Positions 34,937 through 38,954 of a stretch of DNA of 38,954 nt are shown here, piece by piece. The stretch covers positions 1 through 38,954 of the forward strand of contig JAHJEM010000067.1 of the NCBI GenBank assembly GCA_018825425.1, given 5' to 3'. Position 1 is the first letter of the stretch, and every line of letters starts with the position of its first letter. The notes under the pieces were generated by a model. It made no database searches. It had not been told where the DNA came from and worked only from the letters and a program-made list of their open reading frames with translations. This stretch comes from Nanobdellota archaeon (lineage in GTDB: Archaea; Nanobdellota; Nanobdellia; Woesearchaeales; JAHJEM01). A program made the position numbers and the translations under genes.

Positions 34937-36199
34937 ATGAAAACACAAAATGAACAAAACAAGAAAAAAATTATCCTCGCGTACAGCGGGGGACTGGATA
35001 CTTCAGTCATATTGAAGTGGATGGTGAACAAAGGATATGATGTCATTGCCTATGTGGCTGATGTTGGACAGCCAGATGATTTTGAGGCAATAAAGAAGAA
35101 GGCTCTCAAGACTGGTGCTAGTAAGGTCTATGTTGAAGACCTTAAACAAGAATTTGTAGAGAAATACATATTTCCTGCAATACAAGCCAATGCCGTGTAC
35201 GAAGGCAGATACTTGCTCGGAACAAGTTTGGCAAGGCCCCTCATTGCCCAGAAGCAGATTGAAATAGCTCACAAAGAAGGAGCTAAGATTGTGTCCCATG
35301 GATCCACTGGAAAAGGAAATGACCAAGTGCGTTTTGAATTGACATATTATGCTATTGATCCAGATATAATTGTATTTGCGCCTTGGAAAGAACAGGAATG
35401 GTTGAATGAATTCAAGGGCCGAACTGATATGCTTGACTATGCAGAGAAGAATGGAATCAATGTTGATCAATCCAAGAAAAAACCTTACAGCGAGGATGCA
35501 AATCTACTTCATATCAGTCATGAAGCGGGAATCCTAGAGGATCCAAAACATCCAGGAGGAGATGAGATACTCAAGTACTGTAAAAGTCTGAAAGATGCAC
35601 CGGATAAGGAGACATTTCTTGAAATCCATTTCAAAGATGGCATTCCGGTTAAGGTTGTCAATACTGCAGACAAGGTCACTAAGACAGAACCATTAGAATT
35701 GTTTACATACATGAACGAACTTGGTTGCGAGAATGGAATTGGTGTTGTTGACATGGTTGAGAATCGTTTTGTTGGTCTGAAAAGCCGTGGAATATATGAG
35801 ACTCCAGGAGCAACTATATTATATGCGGCTCATCAAGACATTGAAGGCATTGCAATGGATCGTGAGGTCATGAGGTTACGTGATATGCTCAGCCCTAAAT
35901 TCGCAGAGATCGTTTACTATGGCTTCTGGTTTTCACCAGAGATGGACTTCATGATGAGTGCAATTCAGAAAAGCCAGGAGATGATTGACGGAATCGTTTA
36001 CTTGTCCTTGTACAAGGGAAATGTAAAGATCCTTGGAAGGGAGAGCCCAAGTAGTCTGTATGACCAAGACCTTGCAAGCATGGACATAGAAGGTGGTTTT
36101 AATCAAAAGGATTCCGAAGGATTCATAAAGATTAATGCAGTACGTCTGAAAGCAAATAAGGCAATCCTAGATAAACACGGGAAAAAATATTTTGATTGA
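34937..36199 (+). CDS. argG: Argininosuccinate synthase
   Basis: [34 protein letters not shown] and [16 protein letters not shown]; GAGGT SD. Confidence 0.97.
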   Translation: MKTQNEQNKKKIILAYSGGLDTSVILKWMVNKGYDVIAYVADVGQPDDFEAIKKKALKTGASKVYVEDLKQEFVEKYIFPAIQANAVYEGRYLLGTSLARPLIAQKQIEIAHKEGAKIVSHGSTGKGNDQVRFELTYYAIDPDIIVFAPWKEQEWLNEFKGRTDMLDYAEKNGINVDQSKKKPYSEDANLLHISHEAGILEDPKHPGGDEILKYCKSLKDAPDKETFLEIHFKDGIPVKVVNTADKVTKTEPLELFTYMNELGCENGIGVVDMVENRFVGLKSRGIYETPGATILYAAHQDIEGIAMDREVMRLRDMLSPKFAEIVYYGFWFSPEMDFMMSAIQKSQEMIDGIVYLSLYKGNVKILGRESPSSLYDQDLASMDIEGGFNQKDSEGFIKINAVRLKANKAILDKHGKKYFD

Positions 36200-36241
36200 A
36201 TTTTATTTTTTTTTTAAGAATAAGGTAAATTGGAGGACAAA

Positions 36242-37429
36242 ATGAAGCTTTGGGAAAAGGATTTTAATCCTAACTCGGAAATTGAAGATTTTACTGTCGG
36301 AGAAGACTACTTGCTAGATCAAAAGCTAATCAAGTATGATGTTATGGTCAACCTTGCACATGCAAAAATGCTTGGCAAGATTGGAATTCTAAAAGTAGAA
36401 GAGGTCGATAAGATATTGAAGGTGCTCGATGAAATCAAAAGTCTGGATGAGAAAGGAGAATTCAAGATATCAAAACAGCAAGAGGATGTTCATACTGCAA
36501 TCGAAGAATTCCTAATAGAGAAACTCGGTGATCTCGGTAAAAAAATTCATACAGCAAGATCACGTAATGATCAGGTCATGACAGATATCCTGCTCTATTG
36601 CAAGGATGAGCTCAAGCAATCAAATCAAACCATCAACCAACTCATCACATTGCTGAAAGCGTTTTGCAAAGAGCACACAGGCATTCCTATGCCTGGCTAC
36701 ACACACATGCAAAAAGCAATGCCCTATTCTGTTGACAAATGGATGGGTGCATTTATTGAAATGCTCAATGATGATTTGAATGCTATAGACTTTGCACAGA
36801 CCGCAATCGACAAGTGTCCTTTAGGAAGCGCCGCTGGATATGGTGTCCCAGAAAATACTATCAAACTTGATATAAAGATGACATCAGACCTACTTGGTTT
36901 TGCGAAACCATTTGATAATCCGTTATACGTTCAGAACAGCCGTGGGAAATACGAGCAAATTGTCCTTTTTGCTCTAAACCAAGCCATGATGACTATGAAC
37001 AAGCTTGCAACAGACTTATTGTTATTCACAACAAGCGAATTTAACTTTTTTTCTCTGCCAGATGAACTATGTACAGGTAGTTCAATCATGCCCCAGAAGA
37101 AAAACTATGACGTACTTGAGCTTGTCAAGGGAAAGACAAAACTTGTTCAGGCCAAGATGAATGAAATATCTTTGCTCTCTTCAAATCTGCCATCTGGATA
37201 CAACCGTGACATGCAGTTGGCAAAAGAGCCGCTAATTCAAGGAATCGATATTTCAAAATCAGTGCTAAAGATCATGATACTTTCGATCAAAAATCTCAAG
37301 CCAAACAAGACAAGCCTAGAAAAAGCCATGACATCTGAACTCTACGCCACAGAAAAAGCCCTGAAACTGGTCAAGAAAGGTATGCCTTTTCGTGAGGCCT
37401 ATAAGGCGGTTTCTAAAGATTTGAAGTGA
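36242..37429 (+). CDS. argH: Argininosuccinate lyase
   Basis: EDVH, KIHTARSRNDQV, PGYTHMQ, GSSIMPQKKN, LPSGYNRD and GMPFREAY. ATG 36242 follows GGAGG. Confidence 0.96.
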   Translation: MKLWEKDFNPNSEIEDFTVGEDYLLDQKLIKYDVMVNLAHAKMLGKIGILKVEEVDKILKVLDEIKSLDEKGEFKISKQQEDVHTAIEEFLIEKLGDLGKKIHTARSRNDQVMTDILLYCKDELKQSNQTINQLITLLKAFCKEHTGIPMPGYTHMQKAMPYSVDKWMGAFIEMLNDDLNAIDFAQTAIDKCPLGSAAGYGVPENTIKLDIKMTSDLLGFAKPFDNPLYVQNSRGKYEQIVLFALNQAMMTMNKLATDLLLFTTSEFNFFSLPDELCTGSSIMPQKKNYDVLELVKGKTKLVQAKMNEISLLSSNLPSGYNRDMQLAKEPLIQGIDISKSVLKIMILSIKNLKPNKTSLEKAMTSELYATEKALKLVKKGMPFREAYKAVSKDLK

Positions 37430-37521
37430 TTGCTTGATTCCATAAAATATTCCATATTTTGGGCATTAAAATGCAATATGGCGTCTCAAACCTCTGAAAT
37501 CTGCTGTCTCAGCCCCTCTAG

Positions 37522-38954
<1,433 letters not shown>

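Overview
This ~39 kb window is archaeal and most resembles a DPANN/Woesearchaeota-type genome. That is an inference from aIF5B, Trm1, archaeal AlaRS, class III signal-peptide pilins, BRE/TATA promoters, an intron-containing tRNA and several small conserved-looking proteins. Housekeeping genes are trm1, aIF5B, a PUA-like protein, an RsmC-like methyltransferase, alaS, Glu dehydrogenase, a single-OB SSB, an AbrB-PhoU regulator, argG-argH and the 5' part of gyrB. There is also a type IV pilus (Tad-like) locus. The main candidates for a second look are: (1) a co-oriented six-gene block of bacterial-type TrpRS, PLP group II decarboxylase, SAM methyltransferase, M20 amidohydrolase, RPH/Cj1418-like phospho-His dikinase and histidine phosphatase, which looks like a small-molecule pathway; (2) a coupled pair of divergent RelA/SpoT-like hydrolase and synthetase genes; (3) an unannotated 23-codon leader ORF ending Arg-Arg-Arg in front of argGH, with competing hairpins and a palindromic operator; (4) a structured ~64-nt-period mini-array built from copies of the tRNA-Thr 5' end, upstream of the intact tRNA-Thr(CGT); (5) a hairpin-packed intergenic region upstream of the pilin genes. 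All calls come from reading motifs by eye; no searches were run.
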